Shown piece after piece: positions 1-16,950 of a DNA stretch of 64,000 nucleotides; position 1 is the first letter of the stretch, and each line of letters starts with the position of its first letter. Origin of the DNA: Phallusia mammillata (taxonomy: Eukaryota); NCBI GenBank assembly GCA_965637545.1, contig OZ281497.1, positions 15,996,001 through 16,060,000 of the forward strand. The letters are read 5' to 3'. The notes beneath the pieces are model-generated. The model did not search any database. It saw only the letters and a program-made list of their open reading frames with translations, and was not told the DNA's origin. The position numbers and the translations under genes were made by a program.

Positions 1-1219
1 GACATAGAATGCCCTCAGTTTGACCTGACATTGTTTTGTGGTGACTGTGCAAATGCGCGATCAAAGTTTTTGATGTCCTTGCCTGTTTTACAAGCTACAG
101 TCCATTTAAGACTGGGTATTAAGTGATTTTAGACCCAACAATGTTTTATGCATTTTACTGTTTGGCTGCAATTTTATGCCTTTCCATATTTGTGGTAGCA
201 ATATGCATACAATCCCAAGTATTTTTGGTGCTCCATTGGTTACTGTGTATTGTTCTTTATACCTAAACCACTATGTTTCCACACTCTGTACTGTATTGTC
301 ATAAATCCTTGGTATTATTGTTTAACACAGCTCACATTCCATGTAGCAACACTTTCAAGGAAAAAAGCTGCTCAAATGCTGTTTTGTTTCATTGTGAAAC
401 ACACTCGCATAGTGTTATACTGAAGCTGATCGTTGTGCCATAGACTGTGCCTTTTCTCGGTTGAAAGCTTACTGTCGATGAACCCGAACAACTGGAAACC
501 AATTGACCACTAAACAAACCTCATTTTCTTTCAATAACATTTTCTTTGCCTTGGCACTAATTAAGCAGCTGAGCATTAACTGTTCCATGGTGCATGCACA
601 CTTGTGTTCCTACACAACTGCATGTCGTTTGTGATGTCAAGTTTGCATTTTCGTTCATTTGGTTAAATCTTTTCGTTACTTCTGAATCCTATGTTACAGC
701 CTTTAAGTTTACTTTTCATGTTTTTACTTTTAATTTATGTTGCTAAAGCAGGTACCTGTCAATGGCGAAAAACAATTAATGCTCCAAAGCTTGCCCCTGC
801 TTTACCGTGTCTGCCTTTTTTGAACTCTACTGTGCCGGTCACAGCGCTGCCAATGCTTTAGCAACTAATTTACACTTTTTCCAATGAAATGAATTGCGTT
901 CTTTGTTTTCTTATACCAATATGTTTACACTTTTCTTTTTGTTCTCATATCATGTAAATCATGATTGTTGAAGTGGCTATTCGTTTATTCTTGTTATTGC
1001 TGGATACGGTGCTTTCACGTTCTGCTATTCGTTGGTTGAAATATAGCTTCAAAAAATTCGTTGCTTTGTATTATCCATCCCCTGGGGCAAAATACCTTGA
1101 CCCACAACTCGAGTTCAAACGACGTTTGTTCAGAACCACACATTCGACAAAACTTGGCTACACGCCATTAACGGGTGCTATTGGTCTTGCCTTTGCACTC
1201 TTGGCTGAGCCGTCGTTGT

Positions 1220-1484
1220 CTAATATTTGCGAACCTCTTGCCTCTGGACGCCCGACGCGGCGTGCGTCTTGGTGATGAGATCAGTATACTCCTGGTATGG
1301 TGTCTTGGTCAACGGCTGGTCGCGCCACAAGTCAGGGGTTAAGTAGCCGTACGTCTTCGAGATGGCATAACGTGGCCTTGGCAAAGTTTATCAGTGTGGC
1401 GGTCTGTCCAGCGCCAGATGTGTAACAATCTTCCAAACCAGCCATACTCAACAGCTTTTTGGGTACTGGAGCTGACACGATACC
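1220..1484 (-). pseudogene. RPS2: 40S ribosomal protein S2 (uS5) C-terminal fragment, frameshifted pseudogene
   Basis: The reverse strand reads [35 protein letters not shown]. After a 2-nt deletion near 1370 it continues [35 protein letters not shown]...stop, which is the conserved uS5 C-terminus. It is 5'-truncated exactly where a hAT-type terminus begins at 1486. Confidence 0.88.
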
Positions 1485-1485
1485 T

Positions 1486-1560
1486 CAGGGGTGGGCAACC
1501 TTTTTACTGTGTATGCTATGATTACACCAGATTTTAATCCAAACTGTCGTAAGCGTTTAG
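1486..1560 (+). mobile_element. Left end of a hAT-type MITE (partial)
   Basis: It begins caggggtgggcaacc, the same terminus as the complete element at 39995-40268. No matching right end was found. Confidence 0.55.
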
Positions 1561-1741
1561 CGACCATGCTTTTTTTGAAAAAAAAAACGATTTTGGTTTA
1601 CTACAAGGAAAACGATTTTGGTTACTACAACAAATGTAACAAATTAGCTTGACTTGAGAACATTTTAAAGGTAAAGTTCAAAATGCAATAAGTAAAAAAT
1701 ACTAGCAAACCTTGCTAAACGAAAAAATATATTATTTCTAT

Positions 1742-1755
1742 GTTTCCATGGAATC
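1742..1755. promoter_or_regulatory. RFX X-box-like motif upstream of SPMIP7
   Basis: gtttccatggaatc matches the palindromic X-box GTTTCCATGGAAAC at 13 of 14 positions and lies about 90 bp upstream of the ATG of an axonemal gene. Confidence 0.6.
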
Positions 1756-1844
1756 TTCGCGGCGACGCTTCGTCATAATTTCGCGCAAATTGTGTTTACG
1801 ATTTTCATTTGTTATTCGTCAAGCAGTTCCTTTCGCTCGACAAA

Positions 1845-4819
1845 ATGGCAGAAACATCTGCACATCCCCGTCCAGAGATGGGGACCATTATGAAAACAGA
1901 CGCAAATGCACGTGGAAATTTTGCAGAAGAAATCGAGTTTCATCGTTCTTTGCGTCACACCAAGTTTCCGACCATAAAAGGCCCAGAAGGAAATTATGAC
2001 TATCCAAGTTTTCAGGTAACACAGTTAATACCATATTGCAACTCAGTGGATTTGTTTTATAATATCAGACTGTGATTTGATGGGGGTATACTGTGGAGGC
2101 AGGGGCAAAAAAGCCTTACCCCAACAATAACAATATCTGGTAAAAAGAATAAAAGGCCAAACATGTTCTTTCTACAAATAGTATGGTAAATAATTGTTCA
2201 TTTACCCTGCAGGTTTAACTATTATTGCAATGTAATCTAATCACATACTATCAAACATGTGACTACAGTAAACTTTGTCACTTCACTTTTGGTTGGTCCG
2301 TAAAGAAATTTAATTGTTAATGATAAAAGATTACCAGCTGTGGTATTTTTTTAGTGATTGGTTGTGTTTTCACTTGTCGCTAAATTGCTTTACAGAAGTT
2401 GCTTTTCACTGTATAAAGCAAATAATTACAGTAAATGTTACACAAACTTCCAGTGTAACACATATTTGTTGTTTGCAGGGAAGGTTGAAAGATAGTCCTG
2501 CATTTATAAAATGGAACATTCATGCACAAGCTCCACATATGGGTTATTCCCTGGCTCCCCACAGAGACAATCATCCTATTGTTGACCCAGCATCAGGATT
2601 TGTCAGCACAGGAGCAGATGAGGATTTGGTCACTGGAGTAAAAAAGTATGATTATAGGTTATATGTAACTGTTCAATGAAAATAAGGGGTTGAAACTGAA
2701 AATATGTAACTTTGGTTAAATAGAGATTTCAAACTGCAGAACACTTAACAGATATTTTTGTAGATTAGCAAGTATGGTGCAAACATCTGACAAAGTGCAA
2801 CTTGGCACACCGACAACTAAACCACCAGACAGTGGCAGGCCACAGACACCACCCAAAGCACCTTGGACACAAGAAATGAAGTCTGATGAAAGAGAAGCCA
2901 AATGGAGTGCAAGAAAGGTTGTTCAATAGTATTTCACCCACAACCAGTTTGCTAAACATGATTTACTTGGCAACATTTTGTATAAAGGTATCTGACACTG
3001 TGTTGCGATCTCAATGCGGTGGCTGGACAAGCCCTAGCAAAGTGATACCAAAACAGGGTAATGACCATGAAAACTTGCTTGTTGGCACATTTACATTTAA
3101 ACCTGGAAACTGGAGAGATGAAGCAGCTAAAAAATACATGTTCACAAGTATGCAGCAACAGTAAGTTATATTTAACTTCAAAAATTTATGGTGCCTTTGG
3201 GTCTAACTAAAAATCTTAATATTAGAAACTTTGATATGGTTGATTGGGACTCGAGACTTCCAGCGAAGTTAAAGCCATGTGAAAGTACACTGGAAAAAAC
3301 ACCAGATCCGATATCCCAGAGATTAACCACATGGCCAAAACGTTATGAAGCTGTATCCAATGTTTGCCAAGTAAGTGGCTTTGGACTACTGTGACACATG
3401 TTTTGATTTTCAATTGAATGTAATGTTCAGTACGAATGGTTATTGAATCCAGCAAAACAGCTAAGAGAAGATTTTGCAGCTAGTAAGAACAGTGTTGCAG
3501 AAGAAACAGATGCAGATAGGTTGGAAGGAGTAAGATGTAGATAGGTAAAAACAATGTAAGACCGATAGTGTCAGTAAAATGTCCAAAACTACGTTAACTC
3601 TTCACTACGTATTTTTAGACACTTGGAAGATCATGGGATTGGTTTCAAATGAGAGATAAATGTCATGGAAATCGTCCATATAGCTAGTAAGCTGACATTA
3701 ATTACAAACATGCGGTTTCTTTAAAATTTACAATTATCATGTTTACAGCACAAGCCATTTCAGGAAAAGTGGACATATCCCAAATTATGAGTAAGTTATT
3801 GTAACTTTGTGTGGTGGAATGATAAATAATTGAGACTATTTGAATTATCCCAGGGGTTCAATAGGAGCATATAATTTTGAAGCAAAAGATCACCCATATG
3901 AAGAATATAGGCCATTGACTGCTCTGAGGACCCCAAAACCACGATACACAGATACTGCTCGGTGAGTTTAGACAGATTTATTGCTGCATGTATTGACTAA
4001 TTTACACGATTTTAGTGTCCTACTTAAAAGGTAAAAAACCTCAAGAATTTCCAAAGAAATCGAAGCATAACATATGTTCATTGCAGTCGGCCTAACATTC
4101 CTGGTTACAAAGGAAGTGCCCATTGGACAGGCATTCACTCAGCCCACAGCGTTTATCCCGCTCCTCAACCACCATCAACTGCCTATGTACACAGGTATAC
4201 TTTTGTTTGACTTTCTAGTTTAAATAATTTGACCTGAATCCTTTAAGCTTAGTTTTTTGTGTGTCATTTCCTATGTTGTATAATCAAGTCATCATAATTG
4301 GTGAGCGATTAGAAATGGCTTTGTAATCAAGGATGGGGGTTCTAATCTTGTCCCGGCACTTGTATTTTCCTGACCAAGAAACTTGAGCAGCATTTCTGTT
4401 ACCCAGAGGAACCTGATGGGATGAACTAAATTAAAGTCACTAAGTCAAAAAAATCAAATCAAATTCAATGGAAAGGAAATAAAAAATTATCTATCATAAT
4501 AAAACAGACAGCTTGACAATAGAGCAGACATATTGTGAGCATAATGCATTTAGGGACTGCAAGAGGACTGACATTAAAGATATAACAAACAAACAATTGT
4601 TGTGAAGTCTGATAGAATTTTATTTCAAACTCATGTGACATGGAGAACTTTACTAAGATAACTGCAATGAATTGACTTTAATTGCTTTTTTACAGGAGGC
4701 TACCCACCCCACCCAATACATCACCTTTTGCTAAACGTGGACCAATGTCTAGAATGGTGACAACTGTTCCACCCAAAAATCCATTTAATCAAGTTGAAAT
4801 AGAGCCAGTACTTGCATAG
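1845..4819 (+). CDS. SPMIP7: Sperm microtubule inner protein 7 (C7orf72/SPATA48) orthologue, multi-exon
   Basis: Spliced exons give MAETSAHPRPE..., LRSQCGGWTSP, DWDSRLPAKLKPCESTLEKTPDPISQ, PNIPGYKG and GPMSRMVTTVPPKNPFN...VLA*. These match the blocks I recall from SPATA48 (GGWTSP, TTLEKTADPISQ, LSRLVTTVRPYNPFN). Confidence 0.85.
4298..4600 (+). mobile_element. tRNA-derived SINE-like repeat, copy 1 (SPMIP7 intron)
   Basis: It has a B-box-like ggttctaatc, a core ccaagaaacttgagcagcatt and a 3' (AAAC)n tail, and aligns by eye with 44480-44768. Boundaries are approximate. Confidence 0.6.
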
Positions 4820-5288
4820 AAAGTGATAACAGTTGACTTAATATGCAAAGTGAAATGAAAATCATGACTTACAATTTAAGAATGTTTTATTGTTTTGATT
4901 GTAAGGAGGATGTAATTTTGCCTTAAATTATGTTCCTCTGACAAATTAATGCTTTGTCACTGTACAAAATTTATACATCCCCGATAGTGTTGGATTGTTT
5001 GGTATGTAGGCAAAAATGCGTGCACAAACACCTACAGTTTATCATGTAATATAAATGTTTTTTGTGCTTCTTACACAACTAGTCTTAATGAGCTTTATAA
5101 GTAACATTTCTATTCAGGTATCTTTCCTGTTGTGTGGTTACATTTTGAGCCTTGTACTCCAGTTTTATTTCTGTTTTGTTTGTGCTACAAGAAGTGAAGT
5201 ACAAATACACATCTATATTATTTATTGTAAAAACAACAAAATCGGAAACACAGTCAATTCAGTCACAGATAGAGTTATATATTGTTGT

Positions 5289-9820
<4,532 letters not shown>

Positions 9821-10166
9821 TTTATTTTCAAAACTTTCTTACTAAAAAGCAACAAATACAAACTACATTTGGACCAAAATAATACTTTTCCACTTTTCGT
9901 AGAACTAACGTAAACGGATATCTTTTAAACCAGTGTTATACGCCTTGGCTTATATTGCTTTCACTGCTTTGTGGTTTACATTTATATGAAAAAAACACCT
10001 TTACTTCTTAGTTGTTATCCTAATTTAAGTTTAAATCTTTCCTCATATAAAACTAAAAATTTATGAACAGTACGTTGAAAAGTCTTTATGTCACGTTGAC
10101 AAAATAATAAAAAAATGATTCTTGTCCAAATACACCGGTACTTCCCCAAAAGTTTTTAGCACAAAG

Positions 10167-10179
10167 GTTGCTACGCAAC
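10167..10179. promoter_or_regulatory. RFX X-box-like motif upstream of DRC1
   Basis: The near-palindrome gttgctacgcaac lies about 350 bp upstream of the DRC1 ATG. Confidence 0.5.
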
Positions 10180-10280
10180 AAACGTTACTTACAAACCACC
10201 TAGTGGCCTTTCAAACCGAGAATTTATTTGTTTAGGGAAAAATTTCAGGTCAAGCGTTAACTTCGTTGTATAGTTAAGAT

Positions 10281-10709
10281 TAGTGATGCACCGAAGTTTC
10301 GGTTGGCCGAAACATTTCGGCCGAATCCGTTGTTTTCCAATGTTTCGGTTTCGGCCCGAACTTTTTTGAAAATTCGGCCGAAACCGAACTTTTTTATTGC
10401 ATGGAATTAAGGCCTTAAATTTCACTTTTGTCCATACGAAACATGATAAATTATCTATTTGTTGTATCGATAAAATACGAGCCACGTTCTCTGCAAAATA
10501 TTTGATGTTTAGAAAAGCTCACGCATTGTGAAAGCTATTTTGATTTGTCATAATTCACTTCACTCGCATCAACAACACGAGGTTCAGTTGAAAACATCCA
10601 TTGAAACAGAGATTTTAGGTTCGGCTTGATTCGGCCGAAACTATTCGGCCTCATGGCCGAATATTCGGTTTCGGCCCGAACTTTTTTAGTCGGGTTCGGT
10701 GCATCACTA
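10281..10709. mobile_element. hAT-type MITE
   Basis: It has 14-bp TIRs (tagtgatgcaccga / tcggtgcatcacta), a perfect 8-bp TSD gttaagat (10273-10280 and 10710-10717), and subterminal ccgaa/ttcgg repeats. Confidence 0.92.
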
Positions 10710-11197
10710 GTTAAGATGTGCTTATGTTACCAATATTTAAATTTTTGAAATGGTCGGTCGATAAACTCCTCTTTGGAGTTTAGACGACACCAACAAGCCA
10801 GCAATAAACTGTACACTTGATGTACTGCAGCTAATACCTTTGAATATTCTTATTTGCCAAAACGCAAACCAGTTTAATACATGCTGATCGTGATATATGC
10901 CTATCGCTATAAGCATCTGTCCTTTTGATACAGCTGTAAGTCTGCCCAAGTCTGATTTTATAACCAATAATATCTGCTGTAAACTTAATATTTTTCATGA
11001 AATTTTTATTGTGTAGTGAATAGATATTATACAGTGATAATTATACAGTGACAAATATGTTGACATAAAAATGAGTGTGTCAAAAAATCACAGTCAGTAA
11101 ATACATATCACAAACATGATTTTCATCTACTGCACTATGACGAACAGCAAACAGAAAGGTGAACTAAAAACAGCAAATGCAGTGGTCGCTTAAAAAA

Positions 11198-14100
11198 CTA
11201 CGCAACTTTAAGTGCAACAAAAGATAAATTCGGAAGTCTCATGGCCGTAGAACTTCCTGTGCTAAATTCAAACATCTGTAGTAGATGGTCCCGGTACTTC
11301 TGCAGGGAAGTTGAAGGTTCCAAAGCTACCAAAAAACGAAACATTGAAAAAAGCCATTTGTATTTTGTGGCTATTTGCCACTGTTTCATGTTGTGCACAT
11401 GTTTCTACATCAACACTACTACCACACTAAGTGGATTAACACATTTTATGTATATATCACCTGTGATGTGATACAGTCATCCTTTCATCTGCTTCAATAA
11501 TTTCTGGAAAAAATCACAGTCATTACATGCTCAAAATCAGCACACAACATTTAACATAAAATCTATTTACCAATATTATCAACATCTATGATGCTTTCCT
11601 CTTCAGTATCTTCATGAAATCCTTCATCGTATATTAAGTGTCGACTGTCGGGAGCTGTCCACAATTTTCTCACTCCTGGTTCGTGAGCTGGTTGTTGTTG
11701 ACGACCTCGCATAAAACATGATATGGCAAACATTTTTAGTAGAAGTCTCCGACGAACTGGTGGAACGAGAATCATGTCAAATTGTCGTTGCCGTAGTCTC
11801 TTCGTAAATGCTGGTAAAACCTGTTAGCAAAAAATGAGTCAGAACATATGTGATGATTTGATGAGTTTATTAACTTTATTCTTTAAAGTTTTATTACTCA
11901 TAACTTTTTGCCTAATATTTAACTAGAAAGGTGGCTTTCTAATATACTTCCATTTTATATATTCTATATCCTATTTACCAATTTACTATACACATCATTT
12001 GATCTACACATATGATTGTTTTTGCAAAACGAATGAGTCCCCACATGCATGTTTGAGCGGATTTACAGAAAACAAACGTTGTGGTTATTGTTAGATTCTA
12101 AGGACAAAAACAATATCTGTCCCCTTCATGGACCAACAATTAACATAATCCTATATACTGCACCAAATATCTTCACAAACCTCCATAAGATCAGTTACAG
12201 TGGATTGAACATTCATTTTTAGAGATTCTGTAAATATTGATTGTGGGACCAGTTTGCTGTGCAGGTCAATGAGATCATCAAGGGCATCACGAAGGGTGGA
12301 GTGTAGAGGATCATCAATATATCTAATGGGCAGTTCAATATTATTTATAGTTTACCACTAAGTTACAACTTAATATAGTTAGGGCAAATAATTTCATATT
12401 AGAAAACTTTGTAAACTTACTCAGATTCACATGCCAAGGCATTCACCACTTGTATGTGATGTGCTAGTAAGTGAACTGGTGCTAACAATGCAGGACAGTT
12501 CAGTGCCTGTTTTACTGCACTTTTGCCATTTATAGCTGCTACCATATACCTGAAAAAAGACATCCATTATACATCGGACAATGCAAAAATATCAAAAGTG
12601 ACTAAAAAACTAAAATGGGGTTATTTAGCACAAAGTGGTGAAAACAAAGTAGGGCCAGAACAAAGTTACACTTACAAGACAGGAAAAAAGGCACAAAACT
12701 GCAACATACCTTCTAGTGTTTTTGTTTAGTCCATCCATGCCATGATGCAACATGCTTGGCCAAAGTGGTACGTTTGCACATATTATTCCTTTTAATCTCA
12801 GTACAAAGTAAACCACAAACAATGCCATTCCAACAAGCCATGACACATTAATAAGAATAAGTTCGCCCTAAAATTGTACATGGCTTTATTCCTGTCCACA
12901 CAAATAAATTAGACAACTTTCATAAATAGTTTTATAACACTGTGGTGTAGCTGCAGCGCATTTTTGTATCACACCAATTGTGCCCACTGTTTTGCGCTCC
13001 ATAACGTTTTGACGTTGCACTGCTATTTCCGGCTTGATGATTGTTTTTTAGTGCTATTGTGTCGTTATGTTTTCTTACACCAAGCAAAATAAACTCAACT
13101 CAACTAACCTCTATATAGCTTGGTAAAAGAAAGGCACTTTGGATTTCAGGAATGTTTTGCATTGCTCCAATTACTGAGTTACAGCACAGGCATAACCAGC
13201 TCCACAGCAAAGGAATGTTGAAACTTGTCACCTGAACAAACAAAAAAGTAAATTCAATACTTGCCTGTACTATTTTGTAATGAAAACTTATATTGTTATT
13301 AAGTTGAGCTTTGCTTACCCGAAAAGGAATTCGTATCATGCACATCACTAACATTATGAGCAATGATGCAAAAATCAGAGAAGCTTGTACCAGCCTACAT
13401 TACAAAAATATTTATTTGTCCTGGACATTAAGTTGTCATGGCAGTAAAATCTTTACCGATCGTTAAAAAGTCCAGCATAAAAGCACAAGACAATCAGTTT
13501 AAAAATGTGGTTGATAGGTTTGTGATAAATCCAGAATCGTCTGAAACTGCCAAAGCTTAGAAACTGTCGATCAATCCATGATGTGTCAAGATCAAATACA
13601 TATTCACAATGTTTTAATTGTAGATATCCTTCATGTTTTCTTGCATTTGAACTTATCACCTAAATTAAAATATCTATAATCTATGCAAATAGAACACAAT
13701 ACACAGATCTCTTCGTAAGTCTAATGGCTAATTATAATAGCCTAATTAAACTTATAAAGTGAAATGCTTGGTGTATTTTTACCTCAAATCTTATGGAACG
13801 AATTAGCCAGATTGGATACAGGATGAACACAGCAATGGCCACTAAGAGTCCAATAAGGATATATGCAATGTGTTCCCCTTGCCAGCACACAACTGTGTTT
13901 GCAACATCCATTGAGTTTGATGATGGCGCACACCAAAATATTTTACCAATTTGGATGCCTATAGGCATTGCTAAAACCTTAAAACAGAAAGTTTTATTGT
14001 TGGCAGCAAATATTCATATTCAACTACAGTGTGATTTGTCTGACATTCAGGCTCATTTTTTAGAATATAACTGTAAAAAAGTATATTTGGCATAACAGGG

Positions 14101-15332
14101 AAATTACCTGCATTGTAATAATAAGGACATGCATTAGAATAGCAAGTGCCCTGCTGTAAAGTTGTTGCATGAATTTCCATCTCAGATAAGCAAATATACA
14201 TGTAAGCAAAATCAGTACAAGCAACCAAACCAGCAACATTGCCCTATAAACAAAGACATCATCAGCAAAGGTGTGATTTGTTTATAGTACCTAAAAAATG
14301 CAGTTTGTTTCCATTGCATACAAATTTTTTATGTTACCAGTAGTTATGTATTGATCATTATCGAAATTAACTATCAAAACAAATTTGATTTTGGTTTAGT
14401 ATAAGATATGCAGTTTGTTCTGATAAAATATGTTGCACTGCATCTGTATTGCAGTAATGGCCTGACATCACAATTCACAAGGCGATTGTTCAACCACCGT
14501 ACTTTAACAAAAACAAGATTAAAGTTAACCTGTAATCAATTGGAATATCTTCACTTGGAACAAATGCCTCTCTTGCTCCTGTGTAGCTTCCACTGCTCAC
14601 TTTGGCAAGTTCCCAAATATCCAAGTTGAAAATAAAAAGAAATGAAAGAGACCTGACCCAAGTTAGTGGCCATGGCCATCGCAGTGACAATGATTGCAGT
14701 AAAGCAAAATACTGGAGAAAAAATCACGCCATTAATGTTAAAAAAAAAAAAAGTACCAGTTTAAAGATAAAATCAATCATAAAAGAACCCAGAACATATT
14801 TTTGTCACTAATTGACAAAATACCTGAGTCGACCTAAGCACATTTACGGTAAACATTAAGTAGTCCATACCTGCAAATACTCCAAAATTATCAGCACAAT
14901 ATCCAAAATCATGATTCTTGTTGCATTAGACCGATGACGGATGTTTTTCACATCAGGATTTTCTGTCATGTGCACAGAATTTACGCTCCTAAAAATAAGT
15001 TTTTTATGCTCAACCACCTAATCATCATACACATACAACATACATATTTGTTGACACATACCTTACTTTTTATGTTTTATGAGTAATATTATAAGGTACG
15101 GTAGGTAAATAAAGAAGGTTTACTCTAAATCCAGAAACATATATTTTTATGCTTTGTACAAGTATTATAATAATCTTTAAACTTTGAATTTACATCAGTT
15201 TACTACCTAACAACCACATACAGTCATAATTAACTACATTGGGACGGATTTTGGCCTTTACCTGTTCATTATACTGTTCGGAGACAAGTCATCCAACAAG
15301 AGAGGAGCGTTCTCATTTTTCCTTCTCACCAT
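11198..15332 (-). CDS. Uncharacterised multi-pass membrane protein, multi-exon (3' end less certain)
   Basis: Phase-compatible GT-AG exons read MVRRKNENAPLL..., ILDIVLIILEYLQ|YFALLQSLSLRWPWPLTW..FNLDIW, VLAMPIGIQIGKIFWC...CWQGEH, SFGSFRRFWIYHKP, and a cytosolic tail with LLAHHIQVVNA and FDMILVPPVRRRLLLKMFAI. There are about 7-8 hydrophobic segments. Confidence 0.7.
13018..13106 (+). repeat. Dispersed retroposon-like 3' end with aataaa(ctcaa)n tail, copy 1
   Basis: The sequence gctatttccggcttgatgattgtt...gtgtcgttatg...caccaagcaaaataaactcaactcaact is shared with 15957-16037. Confidence 0.6.
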
Positions 15333-15956
15333 GTTTTTTTGTGTTACGTTTGTTTTTGAACCACAAAAAAATATTCGCTATATATGTGAGCTTCAACAAA
15401 TCTGCTTTGAAGCAATACAAAGATCAGTGTAGAAAAACTAAACAGTTTTAAAGACTAAAAACCTAAAAAACTTCAATAAACGTAACAAAAGACTTCACAG
15501 CAAACGTTGCTAACAAACCAACGCTATACACGAAACTTTACCATCGCATGTAGGGGCACAGTTTACAGTGGCCACTTTTTAACAACGTATTTTTTAGCAA
15601 TTGAGAAGCACAAAAAAGTGAAAACATATACAATGTAATACTAATATGTGTTTTGTTTCCTAAATAACTAATGAGGTTAAAATTACTCTGTCAGTTTTGC
15701 GAACTTAGTGAGACTTAACAAAACTTTCATCGGGCATGTCAAAGTAACTTGATCAATTATTGTGGTTACGTCACAAACAAACCTTGGAACTGCAAGTTTT
15801 GTTAATTTTTAACATAATTAGGTTTAAATTTATTTTTTAGTTTTTGTTTTATACGCAAGGTCAAATGTTTTTTAGTTTGTTGGCAACACATGCACTTTTA
15901 TATCGCCTTTTGTTGGATTCTTGTGTGTGACTGCAGCGCGTTCAGTCATCATACCA

Positions 15957-16037
15957 GCTATTTCCGACTTGTTAATTGTTCTAGTGGTGTTGTGTCGTTA
16001 TGATTCCTCTCACCAAGCGAAATAAACTCAACTCAAT
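15957..16037 (+). repeat. Dispersed retroposon-like 3' end with aataaa(ctcaa)n tail, copy 2
   Basis: The sequence is gctatttccgacttgttaattgtt...gtgtcgttatg...caccaagcgaaataaactcaactcaa, matching copy 1. Confidence 0.6.
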
Positions 16038-16827
16038 TATGTGATCTTAAATCAAAAGGAAAAACCAGTTTTTGTGGTAAACTTATCGCAGATGACGTGT
16101 TGTTGATGTAGAATGTAGATGCCGACCAAAGAGATTGTGAAACTCGTGCGTGAACACATCACAAAGGAAAATGCGGTACAAGCTCCACCAGCATTTTATC
16201 GCTTCCATAGATTCAAAAAGTTTTGTGCCTACAACACCCTGACATGGAATTATGTACTGTAACGATAAATAAATATAACAGTTGCTCCATGACATGTGAT
16301 AAGAATAGTAGTTTGAAAACGTTACGTGACTTGATTGTGTGTTTTAGAGAAATTGTTCACCTTGAACGTGGAGATCGATTACAAACTTGAATTAATGCAA
16401 GTGTAAATTTATTTTGCTTGGCCTGCGCATTGGAGTTTGTTTGTTGCGTAACTTGAATTAATATTTCCGCCGTGTGGTTGCAAAAATTGCTTTGTCATGT
16501 TTGGCAATACTCATCATTCTTCTGTTTAACGTTACAACCTCCCTCACTGGTACGTTAATGTCGCAAGCAAATGCTGGGGAGTGTAACGTTCTGATTAGAA
16601 TACCCGAGTGTTTCGCCACATCATGTGATTTATAGTGACGTATGGATATTACCACTATCTTACTACACTCCCTAAGAATACGTTACTATTGCTCGCAAAC
16701 AGAAGGGCGTATGTAGTGTATGCTGGAAAAGCCGCGTTTGGTCGAAAACAACAATTCTGTTTCGTATTTACGAGGCGTTCAGCGTACTTTCACGTCATAC
16801 TTTGCTAGCTTGTCGTGTCAATCGTAG

Positions 16828-16859
16828 GGTTCTTGGGTCGTCAGTGAACGAACGGATCT
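16828..16859 (+). promoter_or_regulatory. Iron-responsive element (IRE)-like stem-loop upstream of ferritin
   Basis: In ggttcttgggtcgt-CAGTGA-acgaacggatct the CAGUGH loop is closed by a tcgt/acga stem with a lower stem below it. It lies about 90-120 bp upstream of the ferritin ATG. Confidence 0.75.
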
Positions 16860-16950
16860 CTACCTGACAATTTTTGCTTTTACTGTGAAGTTTTAATCAA
16901 AAGAAGTGCAATCTTTTCGTTTTGAGTGCTCTACAAACATATTCTGAAAT

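Noticed and set aside
1-900. Possible minus-strand exons, e.g. YKEQYTVTNGAPKILGIVCILLPQIWKG (about 135-265) and CKTGKDIKNFDRAF (about 20-90)
   Set aside because: Splice-like boundaries are present, but I could not build a consistent model or recognise the protein. It may be part of a gene running off the window edge.
961-1275. ORF-track 104-aa plus-strand ORF
   Set aside because: It is largely antisense to the RPS2 fragment and its flank, with no recognisable motif.
16083-16655. Two short minus-strand ORFs upstream of ferritin
   Set aside because: There is no recognisable homology or exon chain linking them, and they lie in a divergent promoter region.
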